DNA of 50,708 nucleotides, the filler included, from Jimgerdemannia flammicorona (lineage: Eukaryota), in assembly GCA_003990765.1 (NCBI GenBank). It is 2 parts of 2 records of this genome, joined end to end, with 100 filler letters (N's around TTAATTAATTAA, not from the genome) between each part and the next. Parts side by side here need not be neighbours in the genome. Positions count along the whole stretch, not along the records: positions 25,405 to 50,708 come from RBNJ01000853.1; 1 more part is not named here. One strand, given 5' to 3'. The notes below the pieces were generated by a model that had not been told where the DNA came from, did not search any database, and saw only the letters and a program-made list of their open reading frames with translations. A program made the translations under genes and the position numbers. Below, one piece after another: positions 37,389 through 49,599 of this stretch; positions within the stretch are counted from its first letter, which is position 1; each line of letters starts with the position of its first letter.

Positions 37389-40300
37389 ACATTTTTCTCT
37401 AGTAACATTCAGATTACACAACCTTCTGGCAATACTTATAACACAGTTTTTATAGAAAAGATACTAGTATTCTGGTAACTGATGAGCATTCTGAGGTGTG
37501 TACTAGACAGAGTGGCCCTGGTACATTTGACTGACAGTATGTAGAGAGGGGCCCTGGCTTGGGGTGAAGCATGAGGGGCCTGCTTGCAGGAGGACATAGT
37601 AGGAGAGAGTGCAGTGCTGGAGGTCAGGGGACAGAGAGGGCAAGCTTTGCAGATAAGGTGAAGGGAGGTCAGCAGAGAGCTGGACTGGAGGGTTGGCTAA
37701 GGAGGGACAAGGAGATGGCAATAACTATAGGGCAGTGGCTTTAAGAGAGAGTCTCCCTGGGGGGTCAGAGTAGTGGAGCTATTGGTATAGCAGCTGAGGG
37801 GGTGACTACTGATAGGAGTGTAATAGACAATCTGGAAAAAAATCTAGATGGGACTGCTGATGGTAGACTGAGTGGTAGAAAAGATATAAGGTCTAGTGAC
37901 TTGACTGATAGTGTAATGGAACTGGTAGTGATACTGTTACTCAAGAAGTTAATCTCAGAGTTTATAGTTACTATACTTCTAGGACTTGATAGTAATAGCA
38001 AAAATAGTCTTAGGGCTGATTGTGAAGCAGATGGATAGAGTGGCATAAGTGAAGTTTCTGAACAGTTTGGAAGGTTTGAAGGTGGGCTTTGAGAAGGCCA
38101 AGCCATTGGAAGCTATGCTGAATAGAGTTGACTATTGGGAAGATATGTGTTCTGATAGCATGATGCTTGAGGTGGGACTCCAGGATGGTACAACTTCTAG
38201 TGAAAGACATGCCTATAGTGACTGCTATAGAGATAAGGAGAAGAGTGGAGGAGGTCATGACTGAGTATAGAGAGGTGATTGATGTTGGCTTCTGGGTCTG
38301 GGAAGGGACCTTATTCAGGATAGGAGATATTAATGTTTGGCTTCAGCTGGCAGAGAGAGAGGCTACCAGGAAGACTCATGATTGGCAATCAGTGATAATG
38401 TGGGGGGCCTTTATGTGCAAGGTAATGAGGGTGAAGGGGAATGAGGAAGAGGAGGAGGATTTGTTAGAGATATAGTAGAGTGGTAGAGCAGAGAGTGAAG
38501 GCTTGGAAGGTATATATGGAGTCAATGCATTTGAAGATCATGGATGGAAAATGGGTCCACATTAACAAGAGGCTGTGAGAGAGATCTCAAGAGCACAAGA
38601 GGTAGATGGAGTTGTTGGTAAGCCTGGAGGAAAGGATACAGAAGGATGCTGATAGTATTGAGGAGTCTGGGGGCACAAAGGTGAGTGTCTGGGCCAGTAA
38701 AGAAGGAGGGGATGTGGAGAAGGGTCTGGATGGGGTCAGGAAGATGCCAAGCAATGATCTATATGCCAATGGTATTTTTGAAGTCTGGAAGGATACCCCT
38801 CCTCTTGTTAGGCAGGGTCCAGCTGTGAGGGGCTAGGTGGCAGAGGATGTACCAATGTGTGGTGCCCAGTGAGTGCACTTTGGAGTTTCTGAGGTAGCAA
38901 GAGGGGGTCAGATGGCAAGGATGAACTAGTGGATGTCCCAGAGGAGGAGTAGGATGAGATAGTAAGTATGGGGGCAGATATCTTGATATTGGGTACAGGA
39001 AGGCCAGCAAATCTAGGAGAGAAGGAAGTGGGAAACCTTCTATAGATATGCTGGATGATAAATAACTTTGTAGCTGAAGATTTGAAAGAAGTAGACCTGA
39101 GAGTGATGAGTGATGAGCATTGGGTATGGATGCTACATAGTGATAGAGTGATGGAGGTGCTGACGGCAGAGATACTTGCAATTTATCTGGAGAAGGAAGG
39201 ATATGAGGTTGATAAGGAGAGAGAGGCCAAGCTGGTGGTTGCTGCTGGTGAGAGGGCTGCCTTCTGTTGGGCAGAGCATCATGGATTGCAGCTCTGGCAG
39301 AAGGCCTATCTGGAGTATCATGAGAACTTTAAGGAAATGAAGAATAGTGAGATAGCTGAACTTCTGGTTAGATTGGAGATTAAGATGGCTGAAGAGAAGG
39401 AAATGGCTGTGGAATATAACTTAGACTTGGAACAGAAGGGGATGAATGTGGATTTATAGAGGAAGAAAATGACACTTAACATTATCTCTTATGAATAATA
39501 TACTCTATGAATATGGAATATTTTTATATAGATGAAGGGATTGGAGGCTGATATTTTTCTATTGCAGGATATCAGATGTGAGGATGACTTAGATAGAATG
39601 GAGTGGATGAGGGAATAGGGAGATGTGATAGTGTGGAAGGGTAAGGTTGAGATCTCAGTTTGTAGAGGCAAAGGGGAGATATAGGATGTGGAGGGCTGGG
39701 GGGAGTGGCTAGTGTGGAGAGAGTGGTGTCAACCAGGTTGAGAGCTAGTTACCATGGGTTCATGCTACTGCTCTGCTATATAGGGTGAGAAAGTGGAGTG
39801 GGTGGAGGGTCTTAGAGAGAGTGGGGTCCTCATGGAGACAGAGTGGATATTCTAGGAGGGAACTTTAATATGGTCTGGGACATAATAGTGGATAGGACTG
39901 ATGGAGAGAGGGGTGCTGAGGGTAGGAGTGGGGGCCTGGTAGTATGGGAGAATGTGGAAAGGCTGGGCTCTCTGGTAGATACTGAAAGGGAATTCTGGGG
40001 AGATAGAAGAGTATATATACACTGGATGAATGGCCTGGAGTTAAGGATTGACTGAGTGCTGACAGCAGATTGCTGAGGGCTGAATGTTTGGAAGTCACTA
40101 GAGGCTGAGTAGAGTTCATAGTCTGATCATTGGGGGCTATTAGAATAGGGACATTTTGGGGGGAGTAAGGATGGGCCTGGATATTGGTGTCTTAATTCCT
40201 CTTTGTTGGCTAAGAAGACATTATGAGACAAGTGGGCAGAGGATATTCAGCAGAGGGTATAGAGTTGGGTACAAGAGGTTGTCACAATTGGTATTCAGTA

Positions 40301-43112
40301 GATAAGGTTGAAGGTGGTCACTAGGATTTATTGGAGAGAGGCAGGAGAAGTGGCAGGCAGACAGCAGAAAAGGAGGGTAAACTGGGCTTCTGTTGGACTA
40401 GCTTGACTTTTGGAGAATTGGGCTGATCTTTTGGCCCTAGAAGGGGTGGAGGACTGGTTGTTGAGCCAGGCTAAGATAAAGATCAATGAGCTATAACAGG
40501 TGTTAAGAGAAGAAGAGAAGACACAGGTGCAGGGTTTGGCTGTCTGATTATGCTGGCAGGGGCTTGAGGAGGGGAAGAGGCCATCTAAACACCTCTCAAG
40601 GATCCTGTGAGCAAGGAGGGTAAGGCAGAGGTGGGAGGGGGTACTGAATTCTGATGGACTATTGGTATATGGTTCACAGAACATTCTCGGCTTGCTCAAG
40701 GAGAGGTGGAGCAGTTTGTGAAGTAAGGAGGAGGGTGGGGCAATGGCTGCTACTATTGCACATGCTTTGGAGGATAGGCACTCACCACTAGTAGTGTTAC
40801 TGGTTCAGGAGGAGGAGATTTGTTAGGTTCTTGCTATAACTATGTTGAGCACAGCACCTGGAGAGGATGGGCTGCCCTGGGACTTTAGAAAGAGGATGCT
40901 GGGAGTATCTGGGGTACTGGGAGAGATAATAGTGATATGTGATTTGGTACTACAGTCAGGAAGATGGGTGAGAGAGCAAGATCTGGGGCTGGTGATACTG
41001 CTTTATAAGGACAAGAGTAAAAGAGAGAACTGGAAGAATTTGCAGCCCATCATGCTTCTGGACATGAATAGGATGTTGGTCACTAAGATAGTAGGAGCAA
41101 GGCTGAAGAAGGTGGCCCAGCAAATTTTAGGTGAGGAGCAGCAAGGTTTGTGGGGGGCTGGCTCATTAGAGATGGTACAGTCTGGGTGCATGGTGTTATT
41201 GAAGAGACTAGAGCCTGTGGACTGGATGAGAGGCTGGTCTTCTTGGATTAGAAGAAAACTTATGACTGTGTACAGCAAGTCTGGCTAGCAAAGGTTCTGG
41301 ATATAATTGGTATCTCTCAGCAGTTTCAGATAGCAATGATCAGCCTACTGAAAAGGAGTTGAGTGGTACTTATGTGTAATGGACATAGAGGAGTAGCATT
41401 CCCTCTGGAGAGAGGTATACCCCAGGGAGACCCTCTGTTCTTGATTTTGTATACTCTGTCCTTAGAGCTATGAATGGATAGAATTTGGTAGAAGATAGTG
41501 CGACTCTCTATATTCCAAATTGTTTGGAAGGTTGGAGCCTTTGCTGATGATATGGTAGTCAGTCTGGGGTCATTTGCTGATGTTGAGGAACTCTGGGAAA
41601 TGGTGGAGTGATATGAGACACACTCTGGTGCTAGACTTAACTGGTACAAGTTAGAAACAATAGTGATTAGTAATAGTCTGGTGGGAGGGGATGTCATTGT
41701 TCCAATTGTCTCTGCTGGAGAGACTGTGAGATACTTGAGCATTTATCTCTCCATGTATGGGTCAGTCCTGATATATACTTGGTGAGAGTAATGAGTGGCC
41801 ATCAGGGGAGAGGTTCTGAGAGATTGGGGAGGCTACCACCTGTCTTTGGCAGTGTGCATTGCAATTTTGAATGTTTACTGACTACTGAAGAAATTGTGAT
41901 ATTTGGCATATCATCTGGACTTTTCAGCCTAGGTGGTGGAAGAGACTATTGAAGCTGGCAAAAGATTGGATCTGGGCTGAGCAGAGAAGTAAGATTAGCT
42001 GGGAAATCTTGTCATTGCCAGTGGCTAGAGAGGGACTTGGGTTGGTTGACTTCCTGAAGAGACTACATTGTCTGTGAGCATGGTGGCTGAAGAGAGCAGT
42101 GGAACTGAGGAAGAAGTTCTGGAAGATGAGATGCTTACCAAGAGAAGTGACTGGAGATTTACTGTCCTTGGTTGGGCTCCCTAATAGGGAGTGAATGAGA
42201 TATAAGTGCTTCTAGTAGAAGTAGTTGATGGGGCTCACTGCATAGGAATTTGCTGGTAGAGAAATGAAGGAGAGGTGCCTTGGGGCCCAGTGATGTAGAG
42301 ATAGGATTGAGTGCTACTGAGGGGCACCCCCCTTATAGATTTTGATATTGGGGATGGGGTAGAGTGCCAGAGGAGGATGGGACAGGATGCATGGCCTAGT
42401 AGCTAGTAGATGGTAGGTTGGAGAGGAGTGAGATTGGAATAGAGTCTGGGCCTAGAGTGTAGCAGTAAGGCAATAGTTGAAATCCAAGTACAGTGAGGTT
42501 TGATGGTACATGCTATAGAGGAATGTTATGCTCAACTTTCACTCAGACCACCTAGTGGAGGGAGGGGACTTTGATGGTGAGGAGTGCTATAATATAGAAC
42601 AGGAAGGGGGGTTTGTACAGATGTCAGAATATTGGCTGGGAGAGTATGAGGTACTTAGAGACTTTTGGTTAGTGGTTGGGAATAAGTTAGATATAGTATA
42701 TAGGGGGGATGGAGAGTAGAGATGATGGGAGGATCTGAGAGATAGATTGGTGGTTGGGGTGGGAGGGAGTGGCTGACTTTGGGTTGAATATTAGTAGTGT
42801 GGGTAGGACTAGCAGATTACTGACTGTTTGTGTTTGAGGAAGGAAAGCATTTGAGTTTGAGGGAGCAGTTGGTGAGGTGGGAAGGGTTGATGGAGGACGT
42901 TTTGATGGGCTGGTTGTTGGGATGGGGCCTGCAGGGGAGTCAGAGGTACCATTTGGTAGAGAAAATCTATAGACAGAGTGAGGGGAGAGTTGGAGTAGTG
43001 GGTAACAGAGTAGTTTTCAAGTATGAGAGTATGGGGGGGGGCTCCCTAGGAGTATTGGGAAGTGTGAAGGAAATATGTGATAGATTGGTAATAAATGGCA
43101 AAGTCTGAGTGA

Positions 43113-43154
<42 letters not shown>
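37389..43154 (+). mobile_element. Full-length decayed LINE family A
   Basis: 5' motif tttctctagtaacattcag; ORF2 from ~39469 (ILGGNFN, APGEDGLP, GIPQGDPL, AFADD, QMSEYWLGEY); poly(A) 43114-43154; TSD core tcaaagctgta at 37374-37384 and 43157-43167. Confidence 0.92.
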
Positions 43155-43157
<3 letters not shown>

Positions 43158-43480
43158 CAAAGCTGTAAGAGAAAGTATTTGGGATTATTACCTAGATTAA
43201 TGATGAACCTGTCTATATATGTAGCAGGATGTAGCTGTATATGACAAAATTTCTCACTTACTAAAATATACTTTAGAATTAAGAGGAGAGATCAAAATTG
43301 TAAGTTAAGAGAATACATAGGTAGATGTTGAAGCTATGTACTTTCTGTTAATCTGAAACTAAAATAAAAGTTTGAGGTGTTTATCATGCTGAAATCTCTC
43401 ACATATTTAGAATTAGAGAGGGTTCTGAAATCTCTATAATATAGAACCATTCACTACTGATCACAATGGTTTGGTAGGCT

Positions 43481-44760
43481 ATGGGCAACACAGGTAATAT
43501 GGGTAATACAGGTAACATGGGCAAGATGGGCAAGATGGGCAAGATGGGCAAGATGGACAAGATGGCAAGATGGCAAAACGGGTGATATGGGCAAGATGGG
43601 CAGATGGCTAGACAAGTGATATGGGCAAAACAGGCAAAATGGGTTATACATGTAACATGGGCAATATGGGCAACATGGGCAATACAGGCAACATGGGCAA
43701 TATGGGCAATACTGGTGGGCAAGATGGGCAACACAGGCAAGATGGGTAAGATGGCAAGACAACAAGATGGGCAACATGGGCAAGATGGGTAAGATGGACA
43801 AGACAGGTAAGACAGGTAAGATAGATAAGATGGGTAAGACAGGCAAGATAGCAAGATGGCAAGATGGCAAGATGGCAAAACGGGCGATATGGGCAAGATG
43901 GGCAGATGGCAAGATAAGTGATATGGGCAAAACAGGCAAAATGGGTAATACATGTAACATGGGCAATATGGGCAATATGGGCAACACAGGCAAGATGGGT
44001 AAGATGGCAAGACAACAAGATGGGCAACATGGGCAAGATGGGTAAGATGGACAAGACAGGTAAGACAGGCAAGATGGATAAGATGGGTAAGACAGGCAAG
44101 ATAGCAAGATGGCAAGATGGGCAAGATGGGCAAGATGGGCAGATGGCAAGATAGGTGACATGGGCAAAATGGGCAAAACAGGCAAAACAGGCAAAACAGG
44201 CAAAATGGGCAAAATGGGGAAAACAGGTAACACAGGCAACACAGGCAACACGGGCAGGAAACACAGACAACATAGGCAACATGGGCAACATGAGCAGGCA
44301 ACACAGGCAACATGGGCAACACAGGTGGGCAACATGGGCAATATGGGTAACATGGGTGGGCAACATGGGCAATACAGGCAATATGGGCAATATGGGCAAT
44401 ATAGGTGGGCAAGATGGGTAAGACAGGCAAGACAGCAAGATGGGTGACATGGGCAAGATGGGTAGATGGCAAGACAGGCAACATGGGCAAGATGGGGAAA
44501 ATAGACAAAACAGGTAAAATGGACAATATAGGCAATACAGGCAACATGGACAACATGGGCAACATAGGCAATATGGGTGGGCAAGATGGGCAAGATGGGC
44601 AAGATGGGCAAGATAGACAACATGGGCAAGGCAGGCAAGATGGGCAATATGGGCAACATAGGTAACAAGGGCAACATGGGCAGGCAAGACAGGCAAGATG
44701 GACAAGATAGCAAGATAGCAACATGGGCAATAAGGGTAGACAAGATGGGCTAGATAGACA
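43481..44760. repeat. 9-bp minisatellite (GGCAAGATG/GGCAACATG family) with a ~300-bp higher-order duplication
   Basis: Directly visible; the block starting ~43564 recurs at ~43866. Confidence 0.95.
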
Positions 44761-44769
44761 AAACTGAAG

Positions 44770-45032
44770 GCACTAATAGGGGTAGATCAGGTGCACTAGA
44801 TACCAAGTACTTGAGGTGGTTGGGGCTCACAACCCATACCCACTGAGTGGAGCAGGAGGATCTAGTTACTCAGGCAGTGAGATTGCAACTCACACCCTAA
44901 AGGTGCAAGGCTGGGATTGGGTTGAGATTGGGGTAGAATGGGACTACTGATGTTGTATGAGGATATGTGGCATGTTATAGATGGTTAATAAATGAGAAAA
45001 AAAGAAAAAAAAAAAAAAAAAAAAAAAAAAAA
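44770..45032 (+). mobile_element. Polyadenylated retroposed fragment (probable LINE 3' end)
   Basis: G-rich segment, AATAAA at ~44986, then a ~35-nt A tail. Confidence 0.5.
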
Positions 45033-47495
45033 CTATTTACTGAGCAGATATCAATACTGTAAGGTATAAAAATATAGAGAATTCCTGTCAATCTAAGGCC
45101 AATCAAGAGGCAGATGTCAAAGCTGTATACTTTTTGTTAATCTGAAATCCAAAAAAGTGTTAGAAGTACTTTTTTATGCTGAAATATCTCATATACTTGA
45201 AATTAAAGAGGTTAGTTTTCTTAAAACTCTAAAATAAAGAACCATTTACCAGACAGAGATCAAAACTGTAGTAGTGGAATTTGTGGCATAGTTTGCTATT
45301 CATAAAAGAGGAACATTGTACAATTGAAACCCAATCATTCTTATTGGAATCATCATTGTAACTATTTTAATACAATTAAGAAAATAAAATTAAAATAAAA
45401 TAATCAAGATGCCAGATAGCTTGAAAGAGCTTAAATTGAGACCTTAAGTCGAGAGCAAATAGTTTTATATTGAGAGCAGCCTTAAATTGTGAGATCAGGT
45501 GACCTCTCAATTTAAGGCTAACAATTTAAGTCTGCTAGCTCTCACAACTTAAGGCTGCTCATTATCTTGAACACTAAATTTCAGATTGACCATTAGTGGC
45601 TTCAATTTGGCATAGATTTAAGACTAAAATTGTCAATAACTACATTAGTTACCAAATTGTAGCTTTTGAGGTCAGATATTTAAATTAGTAGATTTAGTAA
45701 TTCAGTGACTAGTGTAGCAGAATACCCCTTTTTATCTTATATTCGCAAATAAAACCCTATCTGATATGATTATCTGAATCTTGAACATCTATCTAAATAG
45801 TTTACTGTCTATCTTCCAGATTGTGGGACCATGTCATTTTTATTAAAATAGGTGAGCAAAAGTCTGATTTGATATATTAGATATTTATGTCTATAGTATT
45901 GTATCAAAAGTGAACATTACTTTACTAAGATATATTAATGGAAATGGTCTACAGAAATAGTGAGCAATGGTGACCAATAATAGTGAGTAGTGAATAGCAA
46001 ATGATGGAGATGAATAAACATAGATCTATGACAAAAATCTCAATTTCTATATAAATATTCATCCAAATTCAACCAAACTAAGTATACTAATTAAAGGCCT
46101 TCTGATAATATAATTGTTTAGAATAACTTTTAATAGTATAAAACTTGAACTAAAAATTATATAATATTAGTAATAACTGATATCACAAAGAGTAGAACAA
46201 ATATATCAGATAACAGGAATAAATATATTAGATAGTATGGACAAATATGTGGGATTATTTAATAATAATAGATATATATACTTCTTTCTCCACTATCTTA
46301 CCAGTTACAAGATTTGATAAGCAACCTTCTGAGTTTCCTTTCTCCTATTATTATCTCTTCTACCTCAGGTTTGTTTGCTATACCTGCAAGGGCATAGTGA
46401 GAGGGAGGCAATAGTGGTAAGTTATTGTCACATCAGTATCTTCTCTATCTTTTTGCAATTTCTGGTTTTTTGGACTGCATCTAGTGTGTACCAGTTTTGG
46501 TACAGTTCTTTCTTCCTTTTATCATCATAAACAAGGTGACATCTGATATGTCTTAGACTGCATATAGAGTTGGCCAACCTTGGGTATCAAGTGCCAATAT
46601 AGGTTACCTGCAGGTCTCTAGTACCTATTGTGCGGCCCTCTGGACTTTAGTGAGCTTTCTGGTGAGTGCAGTTTTGATATAGATAACTGTGATTTGAATG
46701 GAGAGAGAAGATGACTATTATGATATAAGAAAGGGTGATTATAGTGGACCTGTAGAGTACTAGGCTAGAGATAGTTATTGGGACTGGAGTGAGTGCTGCA
46801 TCAGTGGGGCCTTCTGATTAGTATAGGGTAATGAGGTGGTAGGTATCACTCTTGGCTACTTTTGGCAATTTGTTGGGTTAGGTCCTGGTTATTGAAAATT
46901 AAATGGTGGGCCCAAGGCCACTCAGATCAGATGTCTTGGCTGTACTTAACTAGAATCAGGAGCTGACATAGTAATATAATCAAGACCTACAGACTTGAGT
47001 AGTGGGGTATTGGGGGTCTCCTTCTGCCTCATGTGTAAGTTATCTACTTACCTTATCAGGGAGAACTAGGTCTTATCTACTGTTCTATACTTTGAGGAGA
47101 GTTTTTCTTTTACCTATCACTCTCTTTGGGACAACAAGGGCTATGAAAATTGTCTCAGATATGGCCTTATATATATATTAGAGTTTCTGGTATATACCCA
47201 AAGTATATATCTATTACTCTCTAGTAATAGGAAGAGTATGGTGTTCAGAATGAGGTGCAGGCAACTTTGTTTTACTGAACCTAGTATAGTTGAGCTACTG
47301 GACAATTGTTTGTTTAGATTTAATGAGAGTATAGTGTTTGGGGAGTGGTGGGGGAGGGTTTTGGCCTATATAGTATAGGTTTTCTTCTAATAAAATCTAT
47401 AGGACTTTAGATCTATTTATAAAAAAAAAAAAGAAATTAATAAATATATATATTAGTGTGAGATATAGGGCTGATGTAAAAGGTATAATTGATAT

Positions 47496-48836
47496 TATAA
47501 CGTGCCAGCTCAATGGAGGCAAATTACAAGGTTGGGGGTTGATGTAGTTTGGCTTGAGCTCCCAGTTACTTTGTCAAAAAGCAACAAAATGTTCTAAGAT
47601 TCCTGAGGTCCTTGGTGTTTAGTGGTATGATAGTCAAAGCTGGATATCTACAAGCGATTTCCTTATTGGGACAGTTCTCTGTGTGTAGCGGCGATTTGTG
47701 TCTTTCCCTTCTTGGGTCACCTGGGAATTGTGTATAGTATGACAATCTTCCTTATGTGTGATGGTCTGGTAATTTAACGGTTTCCTTCTTGAGTGATGGC
47801 GATCTCTCGTGTGATGACCTCTGTGTAGCATGACATTTACCAAAAGTATGCGATTTCTGGGTGACGATCTCTTGTATAGTGTGGTAGATCCCTTATACAA
47901 TTTGGGCAGACAACTCAATTTGGCATGGATAATTCAAATAACTGGAAATAATGCTGGCGGTGGATTCTTCTGTATTGGGCTCACTCGGAAAAAACAACTC
48001 GGATGTTGTGGAAACTCGGATGGCATGAATTGGGTTCTTCTGGGAATACGGATAACTCAAAAATAGCGGATGATGCTGTCTCTTCCTAAATCGGCGGCTT
48101 TCTAAGAAATAACTCGGATGGCGTGGATTCAGCTTCAACTGGGAATACTACTCAGATGGTGTGAGTTCTTCTGAATTGGGCTCTTCTGGGAATACGAACA
48201 AGTGGCGGCTTAGAATAGAAAAGGGGTCTCTTGGCAAAGACTGGCTTCGTTTGCATGACAAATCACTGCGAAGTTGCATCAACAGACTGGCTTTGTAGCA
48301 AAAGACAGACTTTCTGGAAATGGTGGCGAATATCTCAAAAGGCGGTGAAGTTCTCCTTGAATTTGGCAGCAAACTTCAGGCTTATCTGGCAAGTGAACCA
48401 AAAACAGACTCATTCTTTGTATCGGAAAGTGGACCAGAGTGGAGAAATAAGCTCACAATCTCCTAGCAGTAGCTGTAGAGTTCCTCTCAAAGTGTGGTAG
48501 GCAGATTTGTCTTTTGCTTCAATTTCAGACTGAGGTTTATTCACTCTTGCCTCTGGGTTATTTTATACAAGTTGGTTGCTATCTGGTTACTATGTTGCTA
48601 ACTATAGATCACTACTTATGGCAGGTGTACAGAGTCTGTATGGTGTACAGGACCTGTATAGTGTACAGAGTCTGTAAAGTGTACAGAGTCTGTATGGTGT
48701 ATAGGACCTGTATAGTGTACAGAGTCTATAAAGTGTACAGAGTCTGTACAGATAAACAGGCCCTATCTGGTATGTCTGGCTAATTATACAAATTGGTGCA
48801 ATAAAGCAGTCTTGGTTGCCTAGTACACCTGTTATG
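47496..48836 (-). mobile_element. Solo LTR related to the Gypsy-2 LTR, weakly mutated, with an internal 18-bp tandem repeat (48624-48750)
   Basis: 47496-~48480 is colinear with 20860-~21830; ATAT on both flanks (47492-47495, 48837-48840); termini tataac / ctgttatg (decayed TGTAAC / CTGTTACA). Confidence 0.78.
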
Positions 48837-49019
48837 ATATGTATATGACTATTTTGTAATCTGGTGGTTCAATTCTGCTACTCATCTAATATAAAGAATT
48901 AATACTGAGGTTATCTTTGTAGCTATACTTTTATACTCAAGTATATCTTTTTGAGCTTTTCTAATTAACCTCTATTCTCTTTACTCTTCTTTTAAAACTC
49001 CTACAAATAAAATATATAA

Positions 49020-49469
49020 TTCCTGGATAGATGAGGTGCCATAAGTGCTGAAGTCTGTCTCAGACTTTATGAGCTTTGGGAGGATAGTGAAGAGTTGGTT
49101 TCTACCATTCTGAAAGTGTTGGCATGATTTATTTTATCTTAAACATGAGTTTGTACAAGTGAATTTCCTTTTGTCTAACATATATATGTATGAGACATTT
49201 TATATAAACATGGTAATAAAAGAATGTCCCAACTCCCATAGAGTCTCTTAGCCTAGAAAGTATGGCATGTGAGCCAGGAATATCCAAAGGGAAATATAGG
49301 AAAAAAACTGGCTGGCAAAGTGCAGCTGAAAAATAGGAAAATGAAATATACCCAAAGAAAATGAAAAAAGGTTTGGGAATAGATAGGAAACCAACTCTTT
49401 ACAGTCCTTCCAAAGCTTGTAAAGTCTGGGACAGACTTTGGCACCTATAGCACCTTATCTATCTAGGAC
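49020..49469. mobile_element. PIF/Harbinger (Tourist-like) MITE with ~90-bp TIRs
   Basis: 49021-49110 is the inverted complement of 49377-49468; TAA on both flanks (49017-49019, 49470-49472). Confidence 0.7.
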
Positions 49470-49599
49470 TAAGCATTGCTTTGGTCCAGATCATTTCAGA
49501 GTTGGTTGTTTGTAGATCTGATATAAGTAGAGTGTCTGGCTGGGGGTACACCAATGGCCATAACTTTACTCTTGTGTTTTGGGACTGTGTAAATGAGGA

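Noticed and set aside
43399..44743. Long 443/429/353-aa minus-strand ORFs (Cys/Pro/Leu/His-rich)
   Set aside because: Three overlapping open frames arise because the repeat strand lacks stop triplets; there is no non-repetitive domain.
46290..47400. Possible gag-like relic on the minus strand
   Set aside because: No convincing zinc knuckle or other motif.
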